Shown here: positions 62,542 through 64,000 of the stretch, in pieces | Numbering within the stretch: position 1 is the stretch's first letter | Layout: every line of letters starts with the position of its first letter | Origin: an uncultured Pseudomonadales bacterium | GTDB taxonomy: Bacteria; Patescibacteriota; Microgenomatia; UBA1400; PJMF01 | Length of the DNA stretch: 64,000 bases | Assembly: GCA_964633875.1 (NCBI GenBank) | Contig: CAZWKL010000006.1 | Coordinates: 19,144 to 83,143, forward strand | Direction: 5' to 3' | Notes under the pieces: generated by a model | Databases searched by the model: none | The model's input: the letters and a program-made list of their open reading frames with translations, nothing else | What the model was told of the DNA's origin: nothing | Made by a program: the position numbers and the translations under genes

Positions 62542-64000
62542 ATGAACGATAATCAACTGCCCAAACCAACTCCGCCAACCCCTTCTGGTTCAACCGTGCC
62601 GCCAGCGGCTCAAGGCAACCAGGGTATTTTGCGAGAAAATCAACCATCTCAGGTGAGTGCGCCAGCAGCAGTTGGGTCCGTGCCGCCCCCACCCGCACCA
62701 CCAACTCGACCAATTGGCGCGCCACCAGTACCGCCGGGGGCACCAACACCAACAGCGGCAGCGACACCACCACCAACCCCAACAGCGGCAGCCAGCCAAA
62801 CTGCCGGTCAAACTACCGGCCAAACCGAGACCCCACCACCGTCGGCCATGAGGCAGCAAAGTCAGCTGAAAACGCCGTTACCACCAACTTCACTAAGCGC
62901 CCTTTCATCCATGACCAGCACCAATTTGCCTGAAGACAGAAACGAAAATCCTGAACAACCAGCGGCGCCAGCCTCCTCGCGCCAGGGTGATATTAGAGCT
63001 CAGGTAGGGTTGCCTAATTCGCCTGGTGCGCCACCGGCTCCGGCAGTAAAGAAAGATGCTGCCGCGCCGCCCGGCTATCCCAACAGCAAAGCTCAGCCCA
63101 AACTAGCCAAAACCAAAAACCCGCTGATGAAGTATCTGCCATTCGTGATTGGCGGCGTTCTGGTTTTAGCGCTAGCAATTTTTGCTGCCATGAGATTTTT
63201 GGGCGGCGGCAGTAGTGGCGGTTCGGTGACTCAAAACCCAGCTGGCAGTCCGGACGGCACAGGCGGTGCGCCGGCTCAACGCACCACCATCGAGTATTGG
63301 GGACTTTGGGAGCCTGACGCGGTGATGCAGGAGGTGATTGCTGATTTTGAAAACAACAATCCTGGCATTACCGTCAATTATGTCAATCAATCTCACAAAG
63401 ATTATCGCCAAAGACTGGAAACAGCAATTGCTTCCGGCAATGGCCCGGATTTATTCCGTTATCACGCCACTTGGGTGCCGATGCTAGGGGAAGATTTAGC
63501 GCCGATTCCGTCATCGGTGATTAGCACGGCAGATTTTAGACAAAAATATTATCCCATCGCCAGCCAACAACTACAAAGAAACGGACAGATTGTGGGAATT
63601 CCGGCCATGTATGATGGGTTGGCGCTGCTTTACAACAAAGAAGTGATGACTTCAGTCAATGAACAGCCACCGCAAACTTGGGCGGAGTTGAGGATTTTAG
63701 CCAATAAACTCACGGTCAGATCGGGCAATACTCTCACGCGGGCCGGGATCGCGCTGGGTACCACCAGCAACGTTGACCATTTTTCCGACATTCTGGCGGT
63801 GTTGATGTTGCAAAACGGCGCTGATCTCACGGCGCCAAACTCCGCCTACACCAGAGACGCGCTGCTTTTTTACACTAATTTTGCTAAGCAAGATCGAGTT
63901 TGGGATGAAACTTTGCCCAACTCCACCGTGGCTTTTGCCCGCGGCGACGTAGTGATGATTTTTGCTCCCTCTTGGAGAATCCACGAAATTTTGGTGATGA
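62542..64000 (+). CDS. extracellular solute-binding protein (ABC transporter SBP, family 1-like), membrane-anchored, 3' partial
   Basis: ATG at 62542; ~190-aa Pro/Ala-rich N-terminus; TM LPFVIGGVLVLALAIFAAM; then an SBP-like domain (IEYWGLWEP...GNGPDLF...). Reads open to the window end; not in the ORF track because no stop is present. Confidence 0.55.
   Translation, partial: MNDNQLPKPTPPTPSGSTVPPAAQGNQGILRENQPSQVSAPAAVGSVPPPPAPPTRPIGAPPVPPGAPTPTAAATPPPTPTAAASQTAGQTTGQTETPPPSAMRQQSQLKTPLPPTSLSALSSMTSTNLPEDRNENPEQPAAPASSRQGDIRAQVGLPNSPGAPPAPAVKKDAAAPPGYPNSKAQPKLAKTKNPLMKYLPFVIGGVLVLALAIFAAMRFLGGGSSGGSVTQNPAGSPDGTGGAPAQRTTIEYWGLWEPDAVMQEVIADFENNNPGITVNYVNQSHKDYRQRLETAIASGNGPDLFRYHATWVPMLGEDLAPIPSSVISTADFRQKYYPIASQQLQRNGQIVGIPAMYDGLALLYNKEVMTSVNEQPPQTWAELRILANKLTVRSGNTLTRAGIALGTTSNVDHFSDILAVLMLQNGADLTAPNSAYTRDALLFYTNFAKQDRVWDETLPNSTVAFARGDVVMIFAPSWRIHEILVM

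Noticed and set aside
1-64000. Possibility that the VirB4/VirD4 genes mark an integrative conjugative element or plasmid
   Set aside because: The T4SS-like genes are interspersed with dnaA, dnaN, rpmH-rnpA-yidC, recF, pth, valS and uppS. No relaxase, integrase, transposase or flanking direct repeats were recognised, so the locus appears chromosomal and fixed.
1-64000. CRISPR arrays, rRNA or tRNA genes
   Set aside because: No regularly spaced direct repeats of 25-40 bp were seen. Intergenic regions are short, and none showed the conserved tRNA T-loop/acceptor pattern or rRNA-like conserved blocks on visual scan. A tRNAscan/Infernal run would be needed to be certain.

Overview
This window looks like the chromosomal, origin-proximal region of a small-genome bacterium. 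The gene content suggests a Patescibacteria/CPR-like organism: ATP-dependent DNA ligase, isopentenyl phosphate kinase, a short ValRS and a large pilin family. That placement is inference only.

Housekeeping genes recognised from motifs: dnaA and dnaN, flanked by clusters of a variant DnaA box (ATGTGGAAAA) and an AT-rich unwinding element (putative oriC); rpmH-rnpA-yidD-yidC-jag; RNase H; recF; pth; valS; rplY; and a Nudix-IPK-uppS isoprenoid operon.

Interleaved with these is a dispersed, Gram-positive-type type IV secretion-like gene set:
- a VirD4/TrwB-like coupling ATPase (684..3026) and a VirB4/PrgJ-like ATPase (44899..46965);
- a PrgI/VirB3-like protein, a bitopic VirB8-like-topology protein and a polytopic VirB6-like protein;
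- a 1412-aa envelope hydrolase (M23 peptidase plus an LDGGGS phosphodiester-glycosidase-like domain);
- two large proteins of unknown function, 1047 aa and 1142 aa;
- eleven paralogous VirB2/TrbC-like pilin genes in two tandem blocks (17368..19133 and 22581..26831).

The second pilin block is divergently transcribed from an ECF sigma/anti-sigma pair. No relaxase, integrase or transposase was seen.

Other notable genes: a Fic protein with a divergent AbrB-type regulator; an Lgt-DUF192 fusion; GH3 NagZ; a SpoIID/LytB protein; VanW; and a membrane-anchored solute-binding protein (partial at the window end).

At least eight genes show a recurring leaderless-type arrangement, with a (TGn)TATAAT box 4-9 nt before the start codon. 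A 7-3-7 palindrome TTGTTAA-N3-TTAACAA occurs at two distant sites.

No rRNA, tRNA or CRISPR array was recognised.
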